NCBI GenBank assembly: GCA_965178125.1
Contig: OZ237764.1
Coordinates: forward strand, 558,001-622,000
Direction: 5' to 3'
DNA from: Bilabrum cf. latius
Taxonomy: Eukaryota
DNA length: 64,000 bases
Each line of letters opens with the position of its first letter. Position 1 is the stretch's first letter. The position numbers and the translations under genes were made by a program. Positions 40,915 through 53,080 of this stretch are shown here, in pieces. The notes under the pieces are model-generated. The model did not search any database, was not told the DNA's origin, and was given only the letters and a program-made list of their open reading frames with translations.

Positions 40915-43900
40915 TCAATAAAGCTGTGACTATCCCGGCCGCAGCAGGCCCGTGCCCCCGTCCATCGAGCTGGCCCCTGATGTCCCAAGTCTGTCTCGAG
41001 CTCCTGGTCCAGCCTTTTCAGCTCCGAGTCTCCTGCCGCCGTACACCAGGCTCACGCGGCCATCCGGGTCAGAGGGAGGGGGAAGCGAGTCCATTCCAAT
41101 ACCATCAGAGACGATGCTGGAAGCAGCAGAGCTTACCTTTCGACGCGGTGGTGCTTCCGCTGATCCGATCCCTGAACCCCCAGCATTTATTCGCCCACCG
41201 GTCTTGCCGGCCCCGCTTGAGCGATAAGGTCCCTGCATAATGCCTTCAATTGAATTTCGATCATTCTATGATTCCGGTCTCGCTTGCATGTCCGTCATAG
41301 AGCGCCCCGTGCGCCACACATGGCGGGCCGTGCCTGCTCCTTCTCCGCCTGGACCTCTGCTGCGAACGTTCCACGTACTGCCGCGCGAACCTTTTAATGC
41401 TGCACCATCGTTGTAGACCTCTTCTATCCCCCTATCAATGGGACCACCAAGGCCAAATGCATTCGATGTACTGGCACTCACGGCCTCTTGCACGTCGGAG
41501 GCGCTGCGAATCGATGCGGCGGCTTTGCTTCGCGATGGAGACGCTCGCTCTTTCTGAGCAGATTCTGCTTCCGACGCCGCTGCATGCACCACCATGCGAT
41601 ACACTTCATCATCGAGCGCCGGCCCATCTCGTGGCTCGGACAGTATCTATGGCTGCACACTGGAATGCACGGCCGTGGCGCATGTCCCCGCTGCTGCACT
41701 CCCCTCACTCCCGCTGGCACTTCCATCTACAAAAGCCTTCGGATTGACACGTGTGTCTGGCCGACCTGCTCTTGGAGTCCTGTCAGTGTCTTGGTCCACC
41801 CCTGGTATGGCCTCAGAGCCAAGAAAGCCGCTCGGCTTTGCCTCGTGCGCTCTTCTGCGATGCTCGCGATGGTTTGAGGCAGCTGACAATTGAAAGGGTG
41901 ATGCAGTCGAAGAGAAGGACTTGGCATCATCATCAGCGCCGTTGATGGCACCTTTCAGATCAGAGCGGGCCGGGAGTACCCCGAGACCCCTGTGCTTAGA
42001 CCTCGATCTGCTGCGGGAGGTGGAAGCACTCCCATGCATCGTACCCGGAGAGGACCGTACCCTGATGCGCCGGATCGCAAGCCGTGCACTGCGAAGCGGG
42101 CTGCTGGGCGAGCTAGCGACAGCTGTAGCCACCGGGCTTCCTGCGCTAGAGGCACCATTAGGTTCTCCGCTGTCCTTGCACCCGGCTGCACCGCTTCGAT
42201 TGATAAACGCCGCTGGACCGGAAGAGTTCTCACTGTTGCCTGCTGCAGCGAGTTCAGAGTTGCTCGGATCAGAACCTCCAGCAAGCTCACCAGCTGATCC
42301 ACTGTCCTCATCAGACACAAACGCGGTACTCGTTGATTTCACTTGGTTCTCTTCCTCGGCCTCTCCATCCGCCCCTGATGCGACGTGCATGGCGTATGCG
42401 ACCAGCCCAGCAATAAAGACTATAAGCAGAATCCCGCAAGCTGCACCGACCGCAATTGTTAAAGCCGTAGATTCACTGCTGTCCAGACCCGAAGTTGTCC
42501 CAAGGTCAAGCCCGGGGACATCGCCATTGTCACCACCGTCCCCGTCATAATTTGTTGTTGCAGGACCCGGCCGATACAGAGTGCCGTCAGGATGAAGCAC
42601 CTGCCCACCAACTGCGGACTGGAGCTCCAAACCAATCCCTGCAGAGCCGCCTGCGCTCCTATCCAAGCGTACTAGTTCGCCGATGGATGACTGCCCGATG
42701 GCCTCCTGTAGAGCCGTTGTGCCCGCCTGCACGGATTCATTGCCAGTGAATCGCTCATGAATGGAACTAACAAGTGATCCTAGCATTGACCCTGGCTCAC
42801 AAGACGCGTTAGCTAAAGCCGCAATTGCTGCGAGCGCTCCCTGCGTCGAGTCTCTTGTTACAGCACATCTATGAGCTGCACCTTGATCGTTCATCTACAC
42901 TGCAATCCGCACTTCAAGAGCGAATGCGGCAGCGACGCTCCGCCATGGTGCCCCGATATCCGCCCGAGAATCATTCAGGCTGTTGCCACCAGACAGCAGC
43001 CTCTGAGCAGCAAAAGCAACGCCTGCTGAGCTCCGCTGTGCATCGCTTCGACCTCGCTTCTCCGCGATGCCGAGGCTAGCCAATGCCCTTCTCGCACTCT
43101 TCACATCACTACCTGCAGCGCTAGTCTCATCCACGGTGTCAGTGCTTGCAAGTGCCACAACCGCTATCGCACCGGTCTGATAGCTCAGCCTGCCGCCAGA
43201 CCACACGATTCCCTGCTATGGGATACTTCCACTGACTGGCACACCAAGCACAGCCATCAAGGCTTGCCCGCATGCCACCTACAGCAGCTAGACAGACGTC
43301 ACGCTCGCGTCTCTGATTCCAGCTCCGTCGATCAAGACGAACTACATGGAGCCCGTCACATTCGCCTTTACAACAGCAACGGCACCTTGGCTGGGTGCGG
43401 GCGTAGAGCCAATGCCTCCAGTTGGAAAAGCAGAAATGCTGGGGCTGGCGCTGATCGATGGGCTGGGGCTAGTACTGGTGCTGGCGCTAGTCGATGGGCT
43501 GGCGCTGCTGCTGGTGCTCGGGCTAAACGACGGGCTGGTGCTGCTGCTGCTTGGGCTGATCGATGGGCTGGCGCTGCTGCTGGTGCTGGAGCTGATCGGT
43601 GGGCTGGCGCTGCTGCTGGTGCTCGGGCTAAACGACGGGCTGGTGCTGCTGCTGCTTGGGCTGATCGATGGGCTGGGGCTAGTACTGGTGCTGGCGCTAA
43701 TCGATGGGCTGGCGCTGCTGCTGCTGCTCGGGCTAAACGACTGGCTGGTGCTGCTGCTGCTTGGGCTGATCGATGGGCTGGCGCTGCTGCTGTGGCTGTG
43801 GCTGGCGCTAATCGATGGGGTGGTGGTGCTGCTGGTGCTGCTGGTGCTGCTGCTTGGGCTGATCGATGGGCTGGCGCTGCTGCTGCTGCTGGTGCTGGAG

Positions 43901-45463
43901 CTGATCGATGGGCTGGCGCTGCTGCTGCTGCTGGTGCTGGAGCTGATCGATGGGCTGGCGCTGCTGCTGTGGCTGTGGCTGGAGCTGATCGATGGGCTGG
44001 CGCTGCTGCTGTGGCTGTGGCTGGCGCTAATCGATGGGGTGGTGGTGCTGCTGGTGCTGCTGGTGCTGCTGCTTGGGCTGATCGATGGGCTGGCGCTGCT
44101 GCTGCTGCTGGTGCTGGAGCTGATCGATGGGCTGGCGCTGCTGCTGTGGCTGTGGCTGGAGCTGATCGATGGGCTGGCGCTGCTGCTGTGGCTGTGGCTG
44201 GCGCTAATCGATGGGGTGGTGGTGCTGCTGGTGCTGCTGGTGCTGCTGCTTGGGCTGATCGATGGGCTGGCGCTGCTGCTGCTGCTGGTGCTGGAGCTGA
44301 TCGATGGGCTGGCGCTGCTGCTGTGGCTGTGGCTGGAGCTGATCGATGGGCTGGCGCTGCTGCTGTGGCTGTGGCTGGCGCTAATCGATGGGGTGGTGGT
44401 GCTGCTGGTGCTGCTGGTGCTGCTGCTTGGGCTGATCGATGGGCTGGCGCTGCTGCTGCTGCTGGTGCTGGAGCTGATCGATGGGCTGGCGCTGCTGCTG
44501 CTGCTGGTGCTGGAGCTGATCGATGGGCTGGCGCTGCTGCTGCTGCTGGTGCTGGAGCTGATCGATGGGCTGGCGCTGCTGCTGCTGCTGGTGCTGGGGC
44601 TGATCGATGGGCTGGCGCTGCTGCTAGTGCTCGGGCTGATCGATGGGCTTGTACTGCTGCTGGTGCTGGGGCTTAAGGTCATTGTGCTAGTAGTGGGCCA
44701 TGTAGATGGGGACGCAGAAGGGTTCACAGACGGCATGAGGAGACCACTGCTGCCCGCAGTAGGGCAATTCGATTGACCGTGACTGCCACCAGACGTGCCC
44801 CAGAGTAGGACCGCGCCTCGTTGTTTGTTGGGATGCCCGCCCCTGTGCCTTGGTGCACCCACCGCGATGACCGGCTCGCTGCATCCACTGAAATTGCCAC
44901 TCGTAACGGATGTGCCCAGTCTTGGATCATCGGAGACATCGATGGAAGCGCCGTCACCGTCTGTGCAGCAGTCCCCAGTGATCATGCTGCTGTAAGTGAC
45001 AATCCCAGGATCCTACGCATCCAGCCCTAAGATATGGACGGCACCTGGCTGTGGTCCACCACTAGCTAGGGCTTCGTTGTGGCCTATGAGAAGACCCAGC
45101 CCGCCGCAACCTGAGGGATCGGAAATCGAAGCCAAGCTGCTACCGAACGATGACAGGTGTGCGGCCGCACCCAGAACGTTGGATGCATTCAAGATCGCAA
45201 CAGATCCCACCCCGGCGGTTGCATCTTCACCCGGATTTCCGGTTAGGACCAGCACCATCCCCTGACCGACGGATACTTGAGTATCAACAAGCGTTGATAC
45301 GGCCAGAGAATGCCATCCGTCCCCGTTGGAATCACCCAACCAGGTAATGGCCCGTCCGAAGCGCTGCAAAGAGTCAGCCGTGGACAGAGGTACCATTCGC
45401 CTAAATGCAGACGAGTGAACGGCGTCTATCACCGAGAAGTCTACGACATACCCCGTCTCATTG
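40915..45463 (-). pseudogene. 3' part of FG-GAP/integrin-alpha-like receptor B (paralog of A), separated from its 5' part by a retrotransposon
   Basis: Fragments 45013, 43342, 42895, 41647, 41266 and 40930 are in frame with TAG breaks only; TGA at 40915. Shares VKANVTGSM(Q)FVLIDG, WSGGRLSYQTGAIAVVA and the TM segment ALTIAVGA with gene A. Confidence 0.8.
43436..44670 (-). repeat. Mucin-like coding repeat array with 177-bp higher-order units
   Basis: 36-54-bp SPSIS-anchored monomers. A 59-codon block (SPSISPSSSTSSTSSTTTPSISASHSHSSSASPSISSSHSHSSSASPSISSSTSSSSSA) recurs at a 177-bp period. Confidence 0.9.
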
Positions 45464-45618
45464 AAAACTGACATTGATTTGTACGTTACATCGAATCAGT
45501 TCTAGAACCTCCGGTTAGGGTTGCTAGATAAATGCGAGGGCGCGCTGGGTCCCGGCTCCTCGGGCGGTTGACCACCCGTGGTGCCACAAGGGGACCCGGC
45601 TGCTGGTGCAGCCTGCGC
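45464..45618 (-). repeat. Split direct repeat B2 (3' terminus of element), 155 bp
   Basis: Matches 46343-46497 with one substitution (gggaccc vs gggatcc). Confidence 0.95.
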
Positions 45619-46169
45619 GCCTGACGCGGGTAAGCAAAGTGCCTACCCACCGGAGGTATTATTCAATTCATACAATGCAAGCAGATGCGCTCGAAGTTCT
45701 AAACACCCAGCCTATGGCTGGGAAAAGTCACCCGAGCTCGGTGCCGCCCTCTCAGTGAGGTGACGACCCCTACATCCAAATCCGTCAGAGTGTCTGCATG
45801 GCCTGAACTAGAAAGACCCAAATTGTTCCGGTAGAAACTCGTCCACGCCTAGGTGCCGCCCTCTCCGTGAGATGACGACCCCTCTTTCTGCTGACTGTCC
45901 GCGAGTGACTTGCTGGCTGAGTCGATGCCGCCAAGATCACGCGCTTTCTGAGTGCCGCCCGCCGGCGTCCGGTGGCGCCTCTCATGTCCCTGATTGTGTG
46001 CCATGCCCTCTGCCCTGCCGGGTGCGCTGTCGCTGTGTGCCACCTCGCTGGCCCTGGGCAGTCCATCGCGCTCCAACCGTCGTGGTGCCGCGTAGTCCAC
46101 TGCTCCCAACTCGGGCCCAGAGTCATGACCCTCATCCTTCTACTTCCTCTACACTTTGCGGGTGGGCGG

Positions 46170-46343
46170 GAAAACTTTTTGCAAGCCGACTCAGAACTAC
46201 AATATCCTGTAGTACGTGTCTTATTGAGCTCGGCCGAGACCACTGTACTCGGCGTACCCTCGGGAAGATGAGTCGAGCTTCACGCAAATCAATCCCAGTT
46301 TCTACAGTTCCGGTCTTACTGGTTGTAACCCCAGACCTGCTAA
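46170..46343 (-). repeat. Split direct repeat A2 (internal), 174 bp
   Basis: Identical by eye to 52907-53080; directly abuts B1. Confidence 0.95.
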
Positions 46344-46497
46344 AAACTGACATTGATTTGTACGTTACATCGAATCAGTTCTAGAACCTCCGGTTAGGGT
46401 TGCTAGATAAATGCGAGGGCGCGCTGGGTCCCGGCTCCTCGGGCGGTTGACCACCCGTGGTGCCACAAGGGGATCCGGCTGCTGGTGCAGCCTGCGC
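46343..46497 (-). repeat. Split direct repeat B1 (internal), 155 bp
   Basis: Matches 45464-45618. The B1|A2 junction reads cagtttttagcagg on the element strand. Confidence 0.95.
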
Positions 46498-46572
46498 CGT
46501 ACTGACCCGCAGATTTGGCCACCTGTGGCCACTGCGGCTTGCCGCCCTACGCATACTGACCTGTGGGTCACG

Positions 46573-47706
46573 TTAACTTGCTGCTGTGACTGCTCCCCGG
46601 TAGGCCGCGAGCATCGCTCTTGCCCTCGATCTGGTGCTCATGCCCAGATAGTAGTTCGCTGTCTCGGGTGACCGCCACGCAGCTTGTTGCATCAATTGCT
46701 CAATTGAAATGCCCCCTTCCGCCGCCATGGTGGCTCCCGTTCGCCTCGTTGAGTGCGTAGTGAACCTGATCACTGGCGTGCCTGGCCGCCGGTACTTGGT
46801 AAGAATGCTCCGCATAGTTGCTGTCCAGCTCTTGGGATGCCATTTCCCAGTCTTTCGCGCATCCGGGTTGATGAAGCGTAGTCCACTTGCTCCTGACGTG
46901 CTCGTGAGTGCCGTATTCGTCGGGTTCCGGGCTCTCATCGCTGTCAGCGCTCTCGCTCGTGCGCGCATGCCCAGAGCTGCGAGCTCGGCAACTCGAAATG
47001 GGCCACCATCGTCCAGCGGAATGACGGCCTGCTCTGGTTCATCTCTGTCCTTGGTTGTTTTGCGACGCATGCTGGCCACGACCCATGTACTGTCCTTGGA
47101 CTTATACTCTTGCAAGTCTCCTAGCTTCAGGTTCAGGATTTCCTTGGATCGCCCAAGGATGATGCAGCCATGGATGAACGCATCCCAAGCGCAGAGCTCC
47201 TTGTCTGAACCCATCTTGATGACTTGATCATTGACGTACATCACGTCCTCGGTTGGGATCACTCGTGCTCGCTTCCGGCGGTTGCCGAGTAGGTGCAGCT
47301 ACTTGGCCCGCCCTTTCGGTAATTTCCGACCCAGCCGCATTGTTTCGTCGGCAATCGGGGCGCCAATCTCCAAAAAATGCTCGACCAAGTGGCCAAATTC
47401 TCTCTTGATGGTGCCCTCGCCGACCTTGTCGTCCCTAACCCTGACGTACAGGTAGCTCAGGATGGAAGAGCAGCGTGTGGGGGACTCGTCTCGTGCCTCG
47501 CTGGCGTACTTCTTGAACTTGGCGATGCTTTTCCGCTTCTTATCTTCAGTCTCCTTGGTCTTGATCATGCTGAGGGCGATGGCTCCCGCCAGATCCGCCG
47601 AGCGGGCTGGAGGGCGGTGCTCCACCCGCGGCCGTGTGGTCGCCTCCGTCAGGCTCTTCATCATGGTGCATACCTTTGCTGCAATCTGATCGTCTCGTGT
47701 GTCCAT
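46573..47706 (-). CDS. Tyrosine recombinase of the retrotransposon (~377 aa)
   Basis: 47299-47706 and 46573-47262 are joined by one in-frame TAG. Catalytic pattern GRSKEIL (R), HSTRRTGAT (HxxR), AAWRS (W) and ANYYL (Y). Ends TAA. Overlaps the end of pol by 161 nt. Confidence 0.92.
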
Positions 47707-50305
47707 CTGCTGCTTGGTGCAGGGCGGCGAGCAATTCTGGCTGCGACGGAGGCCACTCCTTTCCCTTGATCAACGGATGCAACAGTATCGTCTCCTCACA
47801 ACACGTGACCGTCACCGTGGATACTCCTGCTTGCCCCCACAATGTGTGAGCTGTGGCGTGGTCAGCCTTTCCAAGTGCGTCGTTAGCAGCTACCCAAGGC
47901 TTGCTGCGTGGTAGATGCCGTGGAACAAGTGTAATTTTCCTAGAATCCAGGATATCCGCTAGCCTCGTCAGGGTTGCTTGCGTCCTAACTGTGGAGCCCC
48001 TGAAAGTGCACAACTGGACACAAGTTCCAGCGTTATCACAATCCCAATATATTGTAGTCGGAGTGCTTGGTCTGCACTGCAGAGCTGCTCTGAGTGCTCC
48101 CGTTGCTGCTACTATGGTCTCACGGGCTGTTGATGACTTCTCCGGGTCCGTGCTACCTTCCGTTCCCCAAATATCTCGGGGAAGTGGAAACACTAGGGCT
48201 GAACAAATTGGCCTTCCAATACTGATAGCTCCGGTGGATACACTAGCGTCTGAACTGCCGAATATCGAAATGGCGCCAGACTTCGATCCCGGTTTGGCTC
48301 CGAGTCCGCATGCGGCATCCTGGGGATCTGGAGCGCTCCGCTCAGTATTTATACCCAAGAGCTTTGACATCGACGTAGTTGCGTCTCGCATTAGCATCCC
48401 CTGGAGAGTTTGTACTGCTCGCGCTATATCTGGGCGTAGGAATGCGTTGCTGCCGTTCCGTTTGGCTTCGTTTGCCACAACGACGAGTGCCGCACTGCGG
48501 GCCATCTGGCCCCTACTGCCTCCTGCATACGCTAGCGCCTTCCCCTACAGATGTTCCAGTAGGTCAACTGGAATGCGCAGTCGTTGCCTTGATGCCCGCA
48601 TCGTGGCCTTCAACGTGATTGCGAGATCCTTCTGCTTGTCCGGTGGGGCTCGCGCGTCGATCGTAGGTGACGTCGAGATATCCATTCCCAGGAAACGCAT
48701 CTTTTGGCTTGGCAATGTCAGTTTGCTGATGCTCATGCTGAAACCTGCCTGTCGTGCGGTGAGGACGGAGGTGAACATACCCGCCCATGCCGCTGGTGCT
48801 TGTCGTTCTCCCCCGGCGAAATCGTCCATGTATACCGACTGAAGGAAGCGCTTTGCTCGGATGATGTCCGCCAACGACTCGGTGGCTGTCTGTAGATGGA
48901 TGGGCGAGTGCACCATTCCCATCGGCATGCGAAAAAAATGTGCCGCTAGGCCGTTCGCGCTGAACCACGTGAAGTTCCAGGAAGCCGGGTGAGCCTTGAA
49001 GGCATAGAAAGCTTTTGCCACGTCCCAACTATATATCCATGACCCTGGATCCAATTGAGCTGCAAATTCTGCTGGTCCATCTAGCCCAAAATGCAGCTAT
49101 GCTGCATGTGGTCGTAGTCCCGAGAAATCCACGACGAGCCTGGCCTTCTCACTTGGTACTGTGCGTCGCTGCATGCCCACGCCGGGGGTGAGCTTCCAAG
49201 CGTATTTCCGGACCAGAAAGGCTCTCGGCATATCTGATGTTGCCGGTGCCGATGTAACTCGAATGAATCCTGCCTCTGCCTGCTTTCGAATCTCAGTGGA
49301 CAGGGCTGATTGGGTCAAGGTACCCTCGTGCCAGTCGACGTCTCCACCGTCTCGTGGAGCCTTGATCGCTGCGTCAGGCTCGAGGTACCAGTGGAAAGGC
49401 GCGCCATACTTGCCTAAGACGTGCAACACCTCTGCCACCGGACAAAACTGCGCGGTGCAGTCTGAGCATGTAGCTAGATGCATCCAATACAGTTTGTCCC
49501 CACTGTGCACTTGCATGCTCCTCAGTGCGCTGCTCTGCGAGTTCATGCCGCTACGTTGCTCCACAATAGCCCTCTCGGTGTGCTCTGCTCTGGCTCCCTG
49601 ACGGGCTACAAGAGTTCGCTCCTGGGTGGCCTGCTTTACAGCGGACGACTAATTCCTCGAGGCCTCCTCCCGGGTCCCCCCAAGGCTAACTCTAGCATCA
49701 AGGGATGGTCCCGTGGATTTGACAGGCAGTATGAGTCCCCCTTCGCCGTGACCTAGTCGGACCTCTCCTTCTAGTGCGAACGTCGGAGGCACTCTGCCGC
49801 CTTGCTGCTGCTACGTCGGTGCTGATGTTCGTGCTGCTTCCTACTACCGCGGCTGCACTTCGACCTGGCCCTTCTGCGCCTCGCGCTGGGGGTGCTGTCG
49901 TCGCGCCGCTAGTAGATGTTCTGCAAGGGCTCGTGCTCGCCTGGGGGGTGGCGTATGCTCCGCCTCCCGCATGCATCCCAAATCTCGCCGAAGCGCCGCC
50001 CGGAGCCACTACTGGGCTACTCGTGGTGAGCTGGCGCTGATTGCGCGCTTTCTGCAGTCCTTGGCCGAGAATCGTTCCGCTTGATGTTTGTGGCCCCGGG
50101 GTCCCGTTGGGAACAGCCGCAGAAGGTCAATCAGGTCTGGGTCGGGGCCCTCTCTGGGGTGGTCTAGCCATGAGGAGAGTATACGAACGCTGGCTGCTTG
50201 CTGTTTGGGTGATAGCGATTGAAATCCTCTTTGTACACAATCATCCCAAAGCACCCCTGTTCTGATTAGCCGCGCTTTTACTTCGTCCACTCCCCTCGCC
50301 TCCTT
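47546..50305 (-). CDS. pol: Reverse transcriptase + RNase H (pol) of the retrotransposon; first in-frame ATG at 49972
   Basis: Continuous frame with TAG=sense. RT motifs RLVVDF, WDVAKAFY, MPMGMVHSP, VYMDDF and RFLGM. RNase H acidic motifs SDAS, ARE, DCDN and NDAL. Ends TGA at 47546. Confidence 0.92.
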
Positions 50306-51646
50306 TTAGGAGCTGGCCTGGGAATCGCCGTCGTCGTCGCTGTCGTCCGCACCTGCGCCAGACGCCGCGCCTTGACCTGCCTTGACACGATTGTCTTGTC
50401 CCGTGTTCCCGTGCCGGTGGTGCTTGTGCTTCGGCCCGTTTTTCTTCTACCCGCGCTTGCCCCGCCCGCGCTTCTACCCCAGGCGCTGCTGGCCCTGGTG
50501 GTGAGCGCGCTTGGCTGCTTGCATTGCCATTGCCGCGAAGGCCGACTCCGGATGCATCTTCGTGGGGCTGCTGTGAATCTGCATGGCCATTGCTGCACCC
50601 GCTGCAGCTGACGATCCCATTGGCGAGGCGGACGTTGATGTCCCCGAACCGCTGGTTGCGCTGGATGCCGATGACGTGGGCGGGACTCCGCTGCCCGGGT
50701 ATCTGCTCCCGAGCGGCCCAGTGTTCACGTTGAAGTATTGCGCCAGCCATACTGCCAACTAGTGCGGCATCAGGTGATTCTGCCGGTCCATGGTGTCCTG
50801 GCCGCGCCTGGGTGGCTCTGGGAGGAGAGTTGACGGGATGCTACGCAAGAGCAGCTGCATCGTCCCCGCATCGGCTGCAGACAGATCTGGATAGAATCCG
50901 ATCCTAGTGGCGAGCATCAGTTCGACTACCATGCGGCCCAAGCCACAATGTCCACCTTGCATGCTGACGCTCCGAGCAAACCGCTCCTTTACTGCGGCCG
51001 CTGCGCCCTGCACCGATCGAATGAAGGCTCTGGCGGTAATATCCTTGGACTCCGGGTTGCTCAATGTCAAATCCGAGACGTCCTCCTGCACCATTGCGTG
51101 GTGTCCTGCGTACGCATGCCACAGTGCCCGATCCCACGGTGGGAGATCGTCCAGCCCCCGGACTCCTGCACGAGTGACGATAGTGTTCAACCGATCGGCC
51201 GCCTTCACGATCCGATCCCAATCTCCAGCGTGTCCTGCTGCCCTCAGCGCACCTGAAGTACGCTCGCTCAACCGGTGGATGTAGGCGGTTATCGTCGTGG
51301 TCTTGCCCGACCAGACATATGTGTGGGAGTCCGCATCCAGATACAGCGGCAGGAGGTAATTGATAGGACCGACAAGCTACTCCAACACCCAGCTCATTCC
51401 CTGGGGCAGCCAGAGAGTCACACTGGAGTGAGCTGCGCGTACCGCGGTATCACTTGCCTTAGGCTGGTACTGTGTGCCTGCCAGCACCCGATGTCCGAAA
51501 TCCATACGGGCAGTTTTCAGCTTGTCGCCCAAGTCGTGAAGGGTCGTACGAAGGGCGTGAGCGACGACCGCCTGCAGGCGGTACGTAGGCCATCTCTAAG
51601 CTTTTGCAGGTGCGCTCGCTGCGCTCCCCGCAGCCCCGCCCCAGAA

Positions 51647-51686
<40 letters not shown>

Positions 51687-52876
51687 GCTGCCCCTGACGA
51701 TGCTCCCGCAGGGTTCATCAGTGTTGACGTGAGTTCCCTCACGGCCATTTTACCGATTTCCTTCATGAGCTCCTCGTCCTTTGGCAGAATCGACTGGAAC
51801 AGGTCATCCACCTTACCAGCTAGAAATATTCCTATCTTCTAGTCCGGGAGAACGTCGGCGAGCGTCTTTAAGATCCGAGCCGTGCGTTGGCGCCCGTCCC
51901 CCGTCTTGCACTCCTCACGCATGGCATCCAGCCGCGGAACCCACCATGCGACAATGGCGTTAGCACGATGTAGAACATCACCTGCTGCGCTCCACGCCGC
52001 CTTCTCCTGCGTGATGAACTGGGTCGCCGCGTCGTCGGTCGTGGGCCAAGCTGTTGGCGGGAGCTTCTGGACCTGCTCGACCTCGTCAGCCTCTGCATCG
52101 ACGTCATCGGGGTCCTCTCCAGGAGCTTCCCCATCTGCATCGTCTTGTTCTTCTCCCAGGGCCTGTGTCGCGTTTTGTTCGTTTACCACGGCTGCGATCG
52201 CCTTCGCAAGCACGTGGTCCGGGTAGCTGTCCTGCTATTCCAACTTCTCAGTCGTAAGTCGCCACCCCCAATTAGAGGCGAAACGTGTCATTGACAGCAG
52301 AGATGTCCGTTTGGCCGCTCGCAGCGGACCATACGCGGACTGCAACACTGCTGCAGCTCGTAGTAGTTGATGTAGGAGCCCACCGCCCGCAGACGTTGTG
52401 AGGACCGCAAACCATCCAGCTGCACCTGTTGACAGCTGCGCTCCTTCCTAAGCAGGGAAGTTACGCTTGCAGTCGTGCAAAACTCGTTTCAGCTCCTCCT
52501 TGGTAGGACGATGAGGTAATTTCACGTACAGTGAAATCACCCATGCCGTGGCCGTCATCAGGACTGCCCGTTTCTTCTGGTTGTCGTCCATTCCCACCGA
52601 CAGTAAGGTCTTAAAGTCATTACCCAGACCGTTTGCTGTTGCCGTGTCCATTGGTTTGTCGCCCGCTGCTTGGTTGCTGATAGCCTCGATGAACCCAGCA
52701 TGACCTCCGGCGCCCATTGCTGTTTCCATCCATGCTTCCCAGGATTCACCAACGCAATTATCCAGAATATTTGCGGATTCTTGCTTTGCGATAGCAATCA
52801 ATGCCTTGTGCGGCTAGGAACCTTGAAGATGCGATAGAGCCGCTGCAGCCTGTGTGCCCTGCTCCACCTGGGCCAT
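50306..52876 (-). CDS. ORF1 (Gag-like by position, ~856 aa) of the retrotransposon
   Basis: ATG 52876 lies 30 nt after repeat A1. Fragments 52448, 51839, 51596, 50759 and 50474 are in frame with TAG breaks only. Basic Lys/Arg/His-rich C-terminal segment. Ends TAA 50306-50308. No zinc knuckle recognised. Confidence 0.8.
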
Positions 52877-52906
52877 ATTTCACAGTGAAGTCACGCGCAC
52901 TTTTCC

Positions 52907-53080
52907 GAAAACTTTTTGCAAGCCGACTCAGAACTACAATATCCTGTAGTACGTGTCTTATTGAGCTCGGCCGAGACCACTGTACTCGGCGTACCCTCGG
53001 GAAGATGAGTCGAGCTTCACGCAAATCAATCCCAGTTTCTACAGTTCCGGTCTTACTGGTTGTAACCCCAGACCTGCTAA
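52907..53080 (-). repeat. Split direct repeat A1 (5' terminus of element), 174 bp
   Basis: Identical by eye to 46170-46343. Confidence 0.95.

Larger units (their letters stand above)
45464..53079 (-). mobile_element. Full-length tyrosine-recombinase retrotransposon (DIRS order, Ngaro/PAT-type split direct repeats), ~7,616 bp
   Basis: Order on the minus strand: A1 - ORF1 - RT/RNase H - YR - B1 A2 - 551-bp spacer - B2. No target-site duplication. Removing it restores the host reading frame. Confidence 0.93.

Noticed and set aside
43264-44776. Long Leu-rich and Ala/Gly/Trp-rich + strand ORFs (also 36227-37045)
   Set aside because: Antisense shadows of the Ser/Pro/Thr repeat stalks of the minus-strand receptors.
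45849-46243. Small ORFs in the element's 3' spacer
   Set aside because: Short, with no recognisable motifs; long open frames are expected by chance when TAG is not a stop.
45619-46343. Hammerhead ribozyme in the spacer or A repeat
   Set aside because: No CUGANGA...GAAA core in a suitable arrangement was found by eye.
45464-53079. LTR retrotransposon or prophage integrase
   Set aside because: The termini are not copies of each other, there is no TSD, no DDE integrase or protease was seen, and the repeat layout is A...BA...B.
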